Positions 48,567 through 59,158 are shown, numbered from the stretch's first letter. The stretch: DNA of 64,000 nucleotides from Acetobacteraceae bacterium (GCA_003506895.1 DNXO01000034.1:26569-90568), one strand, 5' to 3'. Program-made: numbers and translations. The notes: generated by a model from the letters alone, not told the origin.

Positions 48567-49100
48567 CAGACGCTTCAAGGCTGCGACCGCAGCGCGGGCC
48601 CAATCATGCCTGCGCGAGTTGCCGCGCATGGCGCGCGCTCATGACACCACGATTGTGCATAGCATAGGGCACCGAGGGAACCGCGCTTCCGGCCTGTTGG
48701 TCATCCCGCCGACCAGGGCGTTGCAGGGTGCGGCGTCAGCATTGGCCCCGGTGGCGGCCGATGGGACGCGGATGCTGGACTCGATCATCAACCGCCGGAC
48801 GGTGGAGCATGCGGCGGTGATGGATCAGCGGCTTCCGCAACGTCTTTGGCCTTTTGTCCGACGTTTTTTCGGAAGGTGAAAATTTCGTTTTGATAACTCC
48901 GCGGTCATTCCAAACCTCAAGAAAATGTCAGCATACTTGCTGGTGCGTCTTTGATGGATGTGTGCTGTACGCCGTCTTGAAGAATAGCACGCGTTAAACA
49001 GGGGACGTCGGAATCGTGTCGGATCGATGCGCATCACTCCTCCGGACCCGCAAGCCGGACCGCCGCTTGCAAGCCCGTGGCTCTTGTCGGACGCCTTAGG

Positions 49101-49703
49101 ATGCGTATGCGCCTTTTGCTCTGGTTGCTGCTGGCGGGTGCTACCGCCGGCCCTGCCGCATCCGCCGAGAAACCAAACTTTGCCGAACTGCTGGCGAGGG
49201 CCGAGGCACAGGCCGCCGCCGGTCATCGTTGGTCGCCACCCGGGGATAACATGACCGAAACGGTCGCCGGGATGATGGACCTGATCTCTACCGCGACACC
49301 GCAGCAACTTGCTGAATTGTCGGCGTTGCTGGAAAAAGGCGGCTCTCATCCCCCGCCATCGGTCACGCCCGGGCATCCGGTGCCGGAGGCCCCGCCCCGG
49401 CCTGACGCGAAACCCTCGCCGCAACCCGGCGCCCGGTCAGCCGAACTGCTTTCTCGCGGCAAGGAAGCCGAACGTCTTGGCGATGTCTCCGGTGCTCGGC
49501 GGTTCTACGCCAGCGCGGCGGCGCTAGGAAACGCGGCAGCAGCACTTTCCCTCGGGCGCCTCTACGACCCCGCCTACCTGAAACATACCGCCCTGGGCGG
49601 TATCGACCCCGACCCGGCCCTGGCGCGTCATTGGTATGAACGCGCCGCCGCTCTAGGCAACGCCGAGGCCGGTCCGCTCCTTCAAGCCCTATCCGTGAGG
49701 TAA
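49101..49703 (+). CDS. Exported protein with Sel1-like C-terminal repeat
   Basis: Signal peptide; Pro-rich linker; GDVSGARRFYASAAALGNAAAALSLGRLYDP...ARHWYERAAALG. Confidence 0.75.
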   Translation: MRMRLLLWLLLAGATAGPAASAEKPNFAELLARAEAQAAAGHRWSPPGDNMTETVAGMMDLISTATPQQLAELSALLEKGGSHPPPSVTPGHPVPEAPPRPDAKPSPQPGARSAELLSRGKEAERLGDVSGARRFYASAAALGNAAAALSLGRLYDPAYLKHTALGGIDPDPALARHWYERAAALGNAEAGPLLQALSVR

Positions 49704-49707
49704 CGCG

Positions 49708-50793
49708 ATGCGCCGCCGCAGCCTGCTATCGGTTTTCCCCGCCGCCGCGCTGTTCGCTGGCAGCCGGGCGTTCGCAGCCGCCCAGCCGGTTACGATCGGC
49801 ATCATGGGCGGTGAGATCGACGGCACCTTCATGCGAATCGCCACCGACCTGACATCGGTCCTGAATTCAAACGAGTTACGGATGATCCCCGTCGTCGGCA
49901 AAGGGTCCCTGCAAAACATCGGTGATTTGCTGCATCTGCCGGGCGTCGATCTGGCGCTGATCGCGTCGGACGCGCTGACCTATGCACAGGCGAATCACCT
50001 TTATCCGGATGACTTGTCGAAGGTCCAGTATATCTGCAAACTCTATGACAACGACGTGCATGTCTGCGCGCGACCGGAAATCCAGACGCTCGCGGACTTG
50101 CAGGGCAAGCCGGTGAATATCGACGTCGATGGTGCCGGCACCAACCTGAGCTCACGCGCGATCTTCAAAATCCTTGGCATCACCCCCGACTTCCGCACCG
50201 ACGAACCGACAATCGGCCAGGACAAGCTACGCCGTGGGGAAATCGCGGCCAATATCTACCTGGGCGGCAAACCCATTCGTCTGTTCGTGACCGCGCCGGC
50301 CGGTAGCGGGCTGCATTTCATTCCGGTGCCAGCGAACGAGGCGCTGGAGAAAGTGTATCTTCCAGGCGGCCAACTGACGCACGCGGACTATCCCACGCTG
50401 GTTCCTGACGGCGATGCCGTCGAAACCATGGGTGTCGGCGTTACGCTCGCCGTGTTCGGCTGGAGTCCGGGATCAGTCCGCTACCGGAATGTAGTGGCCT
50501 TCGTGGATGCGTTTTTCTCCAAATTTCCCGAATTACTGAAACCGCCGCATCATCCCGCCTGGCACAACGTGAACCTGGCGGCCGCGCAGCCCGGTTGGGT
50601 GCGGTTCCCTCCCGCCGAAGCGTGGCTGGCGGCACATCGGCCCGGAGCGACTCCCACGCCGGCGGCCGCCGGTGCCGACACGCAGGCTCAGTTCGATGCT
50701 TTTCTTACCCAGCGCGGGGTCCAGCACCTGACGCCCGCGCAGCGGGACGCGACCTGGGCCTATTTCCAGCAGCTTCGCGCGCAAGGGCGGTAA
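49708..50793 (+). CDS. TAXI-family TRAP solute receptor-like protein with C-terminal extension
   Basis: MRRRSLL leader, GKGSLQNI.DL, LYDNDVHV, LADLQGKPVN, FFSKFPELLKPPHHPAW. Confidence 0.8.
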   Translation: MRRRSLLSVFPAAALFAGSRAFAAAQPVTIGIMGGEIDGTFMRIATDLTSVLNSNELRMIPVVGKGSLQNIGDLLHLPGVDLALIASDALTYAQANHLYPDDLSKVQYICKLYDNDVHVCARPEIQTLADLQGKPVNIDVDGAGTNLSSRAIFKILGITPDFRTDEPTIGQDKLRRGEIAANIYLGGKPIRLFVTAPAGSGLHFIPVPANEALEKVYLPGGQLTHADYPTLVPDGDAVETMGVGVTLAVFGWSPGSVRYRNVVAFVDAFFSKFPELLKPPHHPAWHNVNLAAAQPGWVRFPPAEAWLAAHRPGATPTPAAAGADTQAQFDAFLTQRGVQHLTPAQRDATWAYFQQLRAQGR

Positions 50794-50795
50794 CG

Positions 50796-51629
50796 TCAGC
50801 CACGTGGATCCAGCGCATCTCGCAATCCGTCGCCGACCAGGTTGAACGACAGCACACACAAGAAGATCGCGACACCTGGAAAGATCGCCAGCCAGGGTGC
50901 CTGGGTCAGAAAGCGCTGTGCCGCGTTCAACATCGATCCCCACGACGGCGAAGGCGGTTGCTGGCCCAGGCCGAGAAACGAAAGCGAAGCCTCGGCGATG
51001 ATGGCGGCGGCGATCGACAGGGTCGCCTGGATCAACACCGGCGGCAGGATGTTGGGTACCACATGGCGGGTTGCCACACGGATACCGCGGGCACCGAGCG
51101 ACCAGGCCGCCTGGATGTAGTCGGCACTGCCGACCTCCAGCGTCGCCGCTCGGGCTACCCGCATGAAGCGCGGGGCGGTGGAGACGCCGATGGCGATCAT
51201 GGCGTTGGTCAGGTCAGGCCCCAGAAAGGCGGTCAGGGCGATGGCCAGGATCAGGAACGGACACGCCAGCATCGCATCGACGATGCGCGACAGCAGCGCA
51301 TCGATCCAGCCGCCGGTGAAGCCGGCCAACAGGCCGGCGGGAACACCGATCCCGGCAGCGATCACCACCGACACCAACCCGGCCAGCAGGCTGGCCCGGG
51401 CGCCGAACAGCACGCGGGAGAGTACGTCCCGGCCGTTCTCGTCGGTTCCCATCCAGTGCGCGACCGATGGTGCTTTGCGAATGGCACTCCATGACGTGGC
51501 GGTCGGGTCGTACGGGGCGATCAGCGGGGCGAGGATCGCCAGGGCGATGAACGCCACGATGACGATCAGCCCTGCCACGGCGGTCGGGCGGCGGCAAAAT
51601 CGAGCGAAGGCCAAGCGCCGTGGAGTCAT
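50796..51629 (-). CDS. Peptide/nickel ABC permease (DppC/OppC)
   Basis: HWMGTDENGRDVLSR, EAA-like region YIQAAWSLGA, EASLSFLGLG. Confidence 0.93.
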   Translation of the reverse strand: MTPRRLAFARFCRRPTAVAGLIVIVAFIALAILAPLIAPYDPTATSWSAIRKAPSVAHWMGTDENGRDVLSRVLFGARASLLAGLVSVVIAAGIGVPAGLLAGFTGGWIDALLSRIVDAMLACPFLILAIALTAFLGPDLTNAMIAIGVSTAPRFMRVARAATLEVGSADYIQAAWSLGARGIRVATRHVVPNILPPVLIQATLSIAAAIIAEASLSFLGLGQQPPSPSWGSMLNAAQRFLTQAPWLAIFPGVAIFLCVLSFNLVGDGLRDALDPRG

Positions 51630-52567
51630 GCCCGCCGCAGCCTTGGATTGATCAGCACGTAGAGAATGTCCGCCAGCAGGTTCAGCAGGATGAACAGCAA
51701 CGCCGTCACCAGCACGACACCCTGCACCACCGGGTAATCGCGGTTGAACACCGCATCCACAACCATCTTTCCGAAGCCGGGGATCGAGAACACCTGCTCC
51801 GTCAGCACCGCGCCCGACAGTAATGTGCCCAGTTCCAAGGCCCCAAGCGTGACCACCGGGATCAGCGCGTTCCGCAACGCGTGCCGCAAGATGACGCGCA
51901 AGCGGGACAAACCCTTGGCCCGCGCGGTGCGGATATAGTCCTGGTCCAGCGTGGACAGCATGGCCCCGCGCGTATGCCGCATCAGGATCGCCGCTATGGC
52001 GTTTCCCAGCACGAACGCCGGCATAATCGTGGTCGCCAGGGACCGCGTCACATCCTCGGTCAGCGGGACATAACCGGACGGCGGCAGCCACCCCAGGTCC
52101 ACCGACAACAGCAGGATCAGCATGATCCCGAGCCAGAAGTTGGGCATCGAAAGCCCGGCGAGGCCAACGGCGTTGGCGATGTAATCCCAAATTCCGTTTC
52201 GTTTCACCGCCGCGATGACGCCAGCCGGGACACCGATCGCAACCGCGATGAGGAACGCCATGACCCCAAGCTGCGAGGTCACCGGCAGCTTCTGCGCGAT
52301 GAGTTCGGCAACCGGTTGTCGCGTGCGCCAGGAATAGCCGAGATTTCCCTGCAACACATTCCCGACCCAATGAACATACTGCACCGGAATCGAGCGATCG
52401 AGCCACAGCTCGGTCCGGATTTGCTCGATGACGCGGGGATCGCCGCGCTCCTCGCCCGCCAGCACGACCGCAGGATCGCCGGGCATCAGTTGTTGCAGGC
52501 AGAACACCAGGATGCTGACCAGGATCAGCGTCGGCACGATCTGCGCCAAGCGGCTAGTGAGTTTCAT
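51626..52567 (-). CDS. Peptide/nickel ABC permease (DppB/OppB)
   Basis: PGDPA, GNLGYS, DYIRTARAKG, RHALRNAL, RDYPVVQG. Confidence 0.94.
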   Translation of the reverse strand: MKLTSRLAQIVPTLILVSILVFCLQQLMPGDPAVVLAGEERGDPRVIEQIRTELWLDRSIPVQYVHWVGNVLQGNLGYSWRTRQPVAELIAQKLPVTSQLGVMAFLIAVAIGVPAGVIAAVKRNGIWDYIANAVGLAGLSMPNFWLGIMLILLLSVDLGWLPPSGYVPLTEDVTRSLATTIMPAFVLGNAIAAILMRHTRGAMLSTLDQDYIRTARAKGLSRLRVILRHALRNALIPVVTLGALELGTLLSGAVLTEQVFSIPGFGKMVVDAVFNRDYPVVQGVVLVTALLFILLNLLADILYVLINPRLRRA

Positions 52568-52601
52568 CCGATGCCGTCTCGGCGTTCAGTGTCGGCGCGC
52601 A

Positions 52602-54110
52602 TCACTTCGCTATCGACAGCCCTTGCAGACGGATGATGCCGTCCGGCACCGGATGGAAACCCGACAGTTTCGCCGACAATCCAACCACGTTCACCGGATT
52701 GTACAGATAGACGATCGGCAGGTCCTTGCGCTCCTGCTCCATCATCTTGGCATATTCCGCCCGTCGCGCGGCCGGGTCCGTCAGGGTGCGGGCGGTATCC
52801 AGCGCGGCATCGACGACCGGATTGGCGTAGCGGCCGTCGTTCTGCCCGGCGCCACTGTGCAGGAACGAATACAGGTTGCCATCCGCGTCCGGCCGGCCGG
52901 ACCAGAAGATCAGATAGCTCTCGAAGTCGCCGCGCGCCGCCGCGGACAGGGAAGAAGCGAACTCAATCAGGTTGATCTTCAGGTCGAAGCCCGCATCACG
53001 CACCATCGACTGGATGACTTCCGCCAACTGCGCGTTGTCCGACGAGTTGGGTACGTTCATCGTCACCGGGATTGGCGTCGCGATCCCCGACTGTTTGACC
53101 AGCGCCTTCGCCTTGTCGATATCGCGCGGCGGCGGCGGGAACGCCGGGACATAGAATGGCGAGGACGCCGGCACCGCCTGAACCGTTGGCTGGTACATGC
53201 CGTTGAACACGACCTCGATCAGCGCCTGCCGGTCGATGGCGGCGTCGAACGCCTGACGCAGCAGCGCGTTCTGGCCGATTGGTGCCTTGGCGCGGTCGCC
53301 GTTGGCAAGATTGAAAGTGACGCCGTTATAGCCCAGCGCCGGCGAGGTGACGATCCGCAGTCTTGGGTCTTTCTTGACCTCCGCCACGTCGGTGGGAAGC
53401 ACCCGTTCGGCAAGGTCGATCGTGCCAGTCTTCAGATTGGCCACCAGCACCGTACTGTCCGGCATCGGCTGGTAGATCACGCGGTCAAAATGGATGTTTG
53501 CCGCGTCCCAGTAGCCGGGGTAGCGGTCCAGCACGATGCGATCCTGCGCCACGCGTTCGGTGAACTTGAACGGCCCGGTGCAGACAGGATGCAGGCCGAA
53601 GTCCTTGCCGGCCGCCTCGGCGGCTTTCGGTGCCACGATCATGCCGGAGCGGTCGGTCAGCAGCGACAGCAGGGGCGAGGACGGGGATTTCAGAACCAGC
53701 CTGACAGTCAGCGGATCGACGACCTCGATATGATCGATGATCCCGATCTCTGCCCGGCGGAAGCTGCCTTGCATCGTCAGATGGCGTTCCAGCCCGTATT
53801 TCACCGCCTCGGCATCGAACGGTTCGCCGTCATGGAAGGTCACGTTGGGCCGCAGATGCAGGATCAGGGTTTTCGGATCGGTCCACTCGTAGCCGAGGGC
53901 CAGTTGCGGGACGATCTGCAGTTTATCGTCAAGATCGAACAGCTTGTCGCACAGCCCGGCGAAGACGATTCGGCCGACGTAGGACCGCGCGAGCGTGGGA
54001 TCGAGGATATCGGCGTCCTCGCGCAGCGCAACGTGAAGGGTTTGCGCGGCAACCGGGTGGGCGGCCAGAAGCGCCAGGCCGCACAGTATCGTTCGTAACC
54101 GAAGCCGCAT
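52602..54110 (-). CDS. Peptide ABC substrate-binding protein (DppA/OppA)
   Basis: Signal peptide; LDP, PQLA..Y, LRPNVTFHDG.PFDAEAVK, PVCTGPFKF. Confidence 0.93.
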   Translation of the reverse strand: MRLRLRTILCGLALLAAHPVAAQTLHVALREDADILDPTLARSYVGRIVFAGLCDKLFDLDDKLQIVPQLALGYEWTDPKTLILHLRPNVTFHDGEPFDAEAVKYGLERHLTMQGSFRRAEIGIIDHIEVVDPLTVRLVLKSPSSPLLSLLTDRSGMIVAPKAAEAAGKDFGLHPVCTGPFKFTERVAQDRIVLDRYPGYWDAANIHFDRVIYQPMPDSTVLVANLKTGTIDLAERVLPTDVAEVKKDPRLRIVTSPALGYNGVTFNLANGDRAKAPIGQNALLRQAFDAAIDRQALIEVVFNGMYQPTVQAVPASSPFYVPAFPPPPRDIDKAKALVKQSGIATPIPVTMNVPNSSDNAQLAEVIQSMVRDAGFDLKINLIEFASSLSAAARGDFESYLIFWSGRPDADGNLYSFLHSGAGQNDGRYANPVVDAALDTARTLTDPAARRAEYAKMMEQERKDLPIVYLYNPVNVVGLSAKLSGFHPVPDGIIRLQGLSIAK

Positions 54111-54191
54111 GATTGTATCCCTGTCCCGAACCGTCGCGACGATTGTGCGGGGCGCGGGCCAGGGCCGCAAGGCTGTGTTTTTGGGGGGCGG

Positions 54192-56282
54192 CTATCCCAG
54201 TTCGATTACCGCATCGACGGCAAACGCCCCTTCCCCCTCGGGCATCGCGAAGACCGGGTTCAGATCGACCGAGGCCAAGCCATCCCCGGCGGCCACCGCG
54301 AAAGCCGAGAGCCGGGACAGCATTTCCGCCAGTGCCTTGATATCCGCCTTCTTCCGGCCGCGCGCGCCCAGCAGCAGGGGCGCGCCCTTGATCGAGCGGA
54401 TCATCGCCTCGGCGGTATCGACTCCGAACGGGCAGCGGTGGAAGACGACGTCCTTCAGGACCTCAACGAAGATGCCACCCAGACCGAACATCGCCATGGG
54501 ACCGAACACCGGGTCACGGTGGATGCCCAGGATGCACTCGACCCCACCCTTGAGTTGTCTTGCGACCAGTACGCCATCGATGCGCGCGGCTGGGGCTGCG
54601 GCTTTGGCGCGCTGTAACAGGAGTGCGAAACCGGATCGGACGGACTCGGCGTCGGAAACGTCCAGCAGCACGCCGCCGATTTCCGATTTGTGCAGAATAT
54701 CCGGCGACAGGATCTTCATCACCACCGGGAAGCCGAACCGTTCGGCGGCCTTTACCGCGTCATCAGCCGTGGCGCAGGCTGCCTCTGGCGCCGAGGCGAT
54801 TCCCGCCGTCGCCAGCAGTTGCTTGGCCTCCGCCTCGGATGGCGCCGATGCCGGCAAGGTAACAGCCGGAACGACCGGCGCCGGGACGCCCGGCTTGGCG
54901 GCGAACCCCGCCCCGAACCGCCCCATCGCATCGATCGCCGTCACCGCTCGGGTTGGGTCTTCATGCACAACCCAGCCGTCAGCCTCCAGTTCATCGCGCC
55001 GGTCCGGTTGCACAATGACCGAAAGGACATAGAGCCGATCCGGGTATTCCGCCTTGACCACATTCAACTGCTCGCGGATCGAGGGCCAGCGGCGCGATGA
55101 CGCCGTCATGCTGAAGAACCCCAGCACCGAGGCGTAGCCGCCATCCCGCACCATCGACTCGGTGAAGGTCTTCACCAGGGTCACGTCGTTCGAAACCTGC
55201 GCGGTGGCATCGACCGGATTGCGCGGCGCGCAGAACGGCACCAGGTCACGCAGCTTCTTCTGTGCGTCCGCCGGCATTTCCGGCATCGCAAGGCCAAGCG
55301 ACTCCGCCACGTCGCTGATCAGCACGCCGGCGCCACCGGAAACCGTGATCACGCCGAGGGAATTCCTGACCGGATAGATCTTCCGCGTGGCGGTGTGGGC
55401 GATGTCCAGCATCTCTTCGCTGTTGCGCGCGCGATAGACGCCGAATTCGCGCATCACCGCCTCGGTAACCGCGTCGTCGCCAGCGATGGACGCGGTGTGC
55501 GATTTCGCCGCTTTCTCGCCAAGCTCGCTACGACCGACTTTCTGCATGACAATCGGCTTTTTCGCGGCGCGCGCGGCTTCCAGAGCGGCGATCAGGCCGG
55601 GGGCCTCGCGAATGCCCTCGGCATAGACCGCGATCACATCAACATCGTCGTTTTCCGCCAGCCAGCCGATGCATTCGCCAACCGTGACGTCACCCTCGTT
55701 ACCCGTCATGACACACAGCGAGGCGCCGATGCCACGGTTGCGGGCCAGCGTGTATAGATGCGTGCCATACGCGCCGGACTGGCTGGCGATGCCGATCCGG
55801 CCGAGAACGGGCCAACCGCTGTCGAACGAAGAAGAAAAGGTTGCGTAGTAGGAGCGCCGCGCGTCGAACACGCCCAGGCAGTTCGGCCCCAGGATGCGCA
55901 TGCCGGCCGCGCGGGCGGTGGCAACCATAGCGGCCTGCTTGACCGCGCCTTCTTCGTCCATCTCCGCGAAGCCGGCGGTGAACATCACGACGCCCTTGAC
56001 GCCACGTTTGGCGAGATCCTCGATCGCCGAGGCAGCCAGATCGGCCGGGACGGCGACGATCGCCACATCCGGAGTCTCCGGCAAATCCGCCACCGAGGGA
56101 TACGCTTTCAGCCCCTGGATTTCCGCGCGGTTTGGATTGACCGGGTAGAGCGCGCCCTGGAATCCCTGCGCCAGCATATAGGCGATCGGCCGCCCGCCGA
56201 TGCGCGTCGCGTCGGAGGATGCGCCGAGGACGGCAATGGAACGCGGCGCCAGAAGTGGCGTCAGGCCAGCGAAACGAGACAT
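54192..56282 (-). CDS. ADP-forming acyl-CoA synthetase, fused alpha-beta (acetate--CoA ligase family)
   Basis: PRSIAVLGAS, RILGPNCLG, SQSG, phospho-His SHTASIAG, C-terminal ATP-grasp MKILSPDILHKSEIGGV. Confidence 0.92.
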   Translation of the reverse strand: MSRFAGLTPLLAPRSIAVLGASSDATRIGGRPIAYMLAQGFQGALYPVNPNRAEIQGLKAYPSVADLPETPDVAIVAVPADLAASAIEDLAKRGVKGVVMFTAGFAEMDEEGAVKQAAMVATARAAGMRILGPNCLGVFDARRSYYATFSSSFDSGWPVLGRIGIASQSGAYGTHLYTLARNRGIGASLCVMTGNEGDVTVGECIGWLAENDDVDVIAVYAEGIREAPGLIAALEAARAAKKPIVMQKVGRSELGEKAAKSHTASIAGDDAVTEAVMREFGVYRARNSEEMLDIAHTATRKIYPVRNSLGVITVSGGAGVLISDVAESLGLAMPEMPADAQKKLRDLVPFCAPRNPVDATAQVSNDVTLVKTFTESMVRDGGYASVLGFFSMTASSRRWPSIREQLNVVKAEYPDRLYVLSVIVQPDRRDELEADGWVVHEDPTRAVTAIDAMGRFGAGFAAKPGVPAPVVPAVTLPASAPSEAEAKQLLATAGIASAPEAACATADDAVKAAERFGFPVVMKILSPDILHKSEIGGVLLDVSDAESVRSGFALLLQRAKAAAPAARIDGVLVARQLKGGVECILGIHRDPVFGPMAMFGLGGIFVEVLKDVVFHRCPFGVDTAEAMIRSIKGAPLLLGARGRKKADIKALAEMLSRLSAFAVAAGDGLASVDLNPVFAMPEGEGAFAVDAVIELG

Positions 56283-56368
56283 GATGATGGACGGTCCCCG
56301 GTTATTTTTCGTACGGCCGCTATCCTGGACCGGGAGCCACCTTACCGCAACCGAGGCAACCCTTGTGT

Positions 56369-56860
56369 TCAGCCGCCGCGCTGCATCACAAGCAAATCCA
56401 GCGAGGCAGGCTCGCGAATTCCCGCGATCGTCAGTCCGGCGTGGATCTGCCCGCGGTGATGCGCCTGGTGGTTGAAGAAATGAGTCAATGCCGGCCCCAC
56501 CTGCTGCTGGAATGTCTTGCCGCTGGAGTTTTGGTATTCAATCACTCGTTCATAATCGTCTGTTCCGGTGACGAACCCAATGATCCGCGTATCCTCTGCT
56601 TCCCTGGCCGCCCGCAGTTCGGAGAAATCTTCATATAATATCTGGTTCAGCCGTTCCGGGACCGGACCGTCGCCGGTGAAGCGCCGCATCCAGATATAGT
56701 CCGCGACGAGCATGTGACTGAGCGTGCCATGCAGGCTATCGAAGAACAGGCCCTCGGCGCGTTTGCGGATGTCGTCCGACAGGGTGGCTGCCTCGGCATA
56801 GACGCGGCGGTTCGCCCAACGGTTATAGGCCGCCAACTGATCGAAATGCGCTTTCAGCAT
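56369..56860 (-). CDS. DinB family protein
   Basis: YNRWAN, SLHGTLSHMLVAD, HFFNHQAHHRGQ His triad; AAGGA RBS. Confidence 0.9.
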   Translation of the reverse strand: MLKAHFDQLAAYNRWANRRVYAEAATLSDDIRKRAEGLFFDSLHGTLSHMLVADYIWMRRFTGDGPVPERLNQILYEDFSELRAAREAEDTRIIGFVTGTDDYERVIEYQNSSGKTFQQQVGPALTHFFNHQAHHRGQIHAGLTIAGIREPASLDLLVMQRGG

Positions 56861-56966
56861 TGCATCCTTCCTTTCACCCGCAAGCCAGTGGCTATAGCTC
56901 GCGATTCTGGCGTAACCGGCGGAAAACCGGTAGTGAGAACCGACTCCCTCAACATGAGGAAAACTC

Positions 56967-57800
56967 ATGTCTCGTCCATCACTCCGAGCCTTGAAGGCGT
57001 TCGCGGAAACGGTGCGGAGCGGAACGCTGGCCGGCGCGTCGGGCGCCCTGAATGTGACGCCCTCGGCCGTTTCGCATCTGCTGCGGGAGCTTGAGCAGGC
57101 CCTTAACCTGCCGCTGTTTATCTCGAAGGCGCGTCCGACGGAGACCGGGGAACGCCTGGGGCGGCGCTTGATCGCCGCGTTCGATGCCATCGACGGCGCG
57201 ATCGCCGAGGCTCGGTATCAGGCGGGGGACGTCCGCATTTCCGCGCTGTCCAGCTATTTGACGCTGTGGCTGGTGCCGCGGCTGACCGGGTTCCAGCGGA
57301 AATACCCTGACACGCGGCTGCTGTTCAGCACCACCACCCGCCCGGTGGACCTCACCACGGAGCCGTTCGAGTGCGCGATTCGCTGGGGCCGTGGCCCCTG
57401 GCCTGACCTGGAATGCACCCTTTTGTTCACGGACTGCCCGGTGGTCGTCACGAACCCGCGACTGGTAGGCACGCAGCCGCTTCCGCGCCTTGCTGCTCGC
57501 GTCCGGCCCGATGACTGGACGCTGGTTGCCGCGGCACTCGGATGGGCGGACACGCCGCCGGCCCTGACCTTTGAAACCCGGGCGCTGGCGGTGCAGGCGG
57601 CCACGGCCGGAATGGGCGCGGCCGTGGTGGATCGGAATCTGGTATCCGATATGATCGAGGCCGGCATCCTGGCCGAAATCGCGCCCGATCCGCCAGTGCC
57701 GGTAGCCGAGGGTTACTGGTTCGTCGCCTTGCCGGACCGGCTGCGCAACCGCCAGATCCGGCAGTTCCGCGATTGGCTGGCGGAGGAGTCGGGACGATGA
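56967..57800 (+). CDS. LysR family regulator (GcvA-like), divergent from dinB-family gene
   Basis: ALKAFAET...LNVTPSAVSH HTH; WLVPRL..F, AIRWG.G.W. Confidence 0.9.
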   Translation: MSRPSLRALKAFAETVRSGTLAGASGALNVTPSAVSHLLRELEQALNLPLFISKARPTETGERLGRRLIAAFDAIDGAIAEARYQAGDVRISALSSYLTLWLVPRLTGFQRKYPDTRLLFSTTTRPVDLTTEPFECAIRWGRGPWPDLECTLLFTDCPVVVTNPRLVGTQPLPRLAARVRPDDWTLVAAALGWADTPPALTFETRALAVQAATAGMGAAVVDRNLVSDMIEAGILAEIAPDPPVPVAEGYWFVALPDRLRNRQIRQFRDWLAEESGR

Positions 57801-57974
57801 ACCCGCGCCGGAGCCGCGGGAAGCTTTCGGATTTGTGATTTGCCCCACAATACAGACGGCGCATCGTCACCCAGGTGGCAGCAAGCATGCCCTCGGTGCA
57901 TTTTTTGTCTGGAACCGGAGAGTAGTCAGCGCCGTTAGCAGAGTGAAGTGCCAATAGTGGTTTAGGACGATCGC

Positions 57975-58538
57975 ATGGTTCGGAGGTGGATCGTTGCCGT
58001 GGCTGCCGTGACATCACTGTCTGCCGCCAACGCGGCCGAGGTGGGCGGCGTCGCGATGCCTGACAACCGCATTGTGGACGGGACGTCCATGCGGCTCAAC
58101 GGGATCGGCCTTCGGACATACTCGCTTCTCGGCATCCCGGTTTATGTAGCAGGCCTGTACCTCGAACGGCGAAGCGACGACCCGAACTCGATCCTGCACT
58201 CGTCCCAGACAAAGCTGCTTCAGATTCGGTTCCTCCGGGACGTGGACGCCAAGGATGCACGGGAAGCGTGGCGGGAAGGTCTGGAACAGAACTGCAAATC
58301 CCCCTGTTCTCTCGATCCCCGTGGGGTTCAGAGATTCCTGGCGGCGGTCCCGTCCGTGAATGACGGCGACGAGAGTACGCTGCTGTTTACCTCCAAGGGG
58401 GTCAAGGTGACGCTCAACGGTCATCCGATGGGCGACATTTCCGATCCCCACTTCGCCGAGGTGATGCTCGCGACCTTCATCGGCACCGAACCGGCCACCC
58501 CCCGTTTGAAGCGGGAACTGCTGGGCAGCCGGAACTGA
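57975..58538 (+). CDS. Exported chalcone isomerase-like fold protein
   Basis: Signal peptide; LNGIGLRT, VYVAGLYL, FAEVMLATFIG..PATP.LK..LLG. Confidence 0.8.
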   Translation: MVRRWIVAVAAVTSLSAANAAEVGGVAMPDNRIVDGTSMRLNGIGLRTYSLLGIPVYVAGLYLERRSDDPNSILHSSQTKLLQIRFLRDVDAKDAREAWREGLEQNCKSPCSLDPRGVQRFLAAVPSVNDGDESTLLFTSKGVKVTLNGHPMGDISDPHFAEVMLATFIGTEPATPRLKRELLGSRN

Positions 58539-58566
58539 CGTCCAAAACGACGATGATCGAGTGAAC

Positions 58567-59052
58567 CTATCCGAGCGCCTCGACCAACAGGTCCAGTGCT
58601 CGGATTCCAAACGCCCGCATGTTGGCGATTCGGTCGCCGCTTCCGGTTTCCAGCGTAATGACCTTTGAAAAATTCGCACCGGTAACCGCGATGCAGGTGT
58701 GTCCCGCCGCATCGCCGTAGCGGTTGCCGGTTGGCCCGGTGGCACCGGTCTCGCCAAGGCCCCAACTGGCGTCCAGCCGGGCGCGCACGGTATCAGCGAG
58801 AAGCAGGGCGTATGGTTCCGTGGACGCCCGCTCGATCGGTGCCGGCAGGGGATTGGGAATTTCCAGGAACGCCTTACGGGCGTATGCTGTGTAGATCACG
58901 CCACCGCCGCGGAAATAGGCAGACGCGCCACCAACCGACAGAAGCGCGGCGGACAGCAGCCCGCCGGTCGAGGATTCGGCGATACCGATCGTCTCACCGC
59001 GTTCTTTCAGGCGGGCGCCAATTTTCTCGGCCAGTGGCAAGAGGGCTTGCAT
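58567..59052 (-). CDS. CinA C-terminal / PncC-like protein
   Basis: IGIAESSTGGLL, GASAYFRGG, ETGATGPTG. Confidence 0.85.
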   Translation of the reverse strand: MQALLPLAEKIGARLKERGETIGIAESSTGGLLSAALLSVGGASAYFRGGGVIYTAYARKAFLEIPNPLPAPIERASTEPYALLLADTVRARLDASWGLGETGATGPTGNRYGDAAGHTCIAVTGANFSKVITLETGSGDRIANMRAFGIRALDLLVEALG

Positions 59053-59158
59053 GGGTGTTTCCCTTTGTTCGACGCAGGATACTTGCCCGGATCAGCCACG
59101 ATGTCGATGTTCCGGCCGGCGGGACGTTGCAACATCCCGCCGGTTCGCAGGTCGGCCG

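Noticed and set aside
48619-48879. 86-aa ORF after the TRAP permease
   Set aside because: No RBS or motif; cannot be supported
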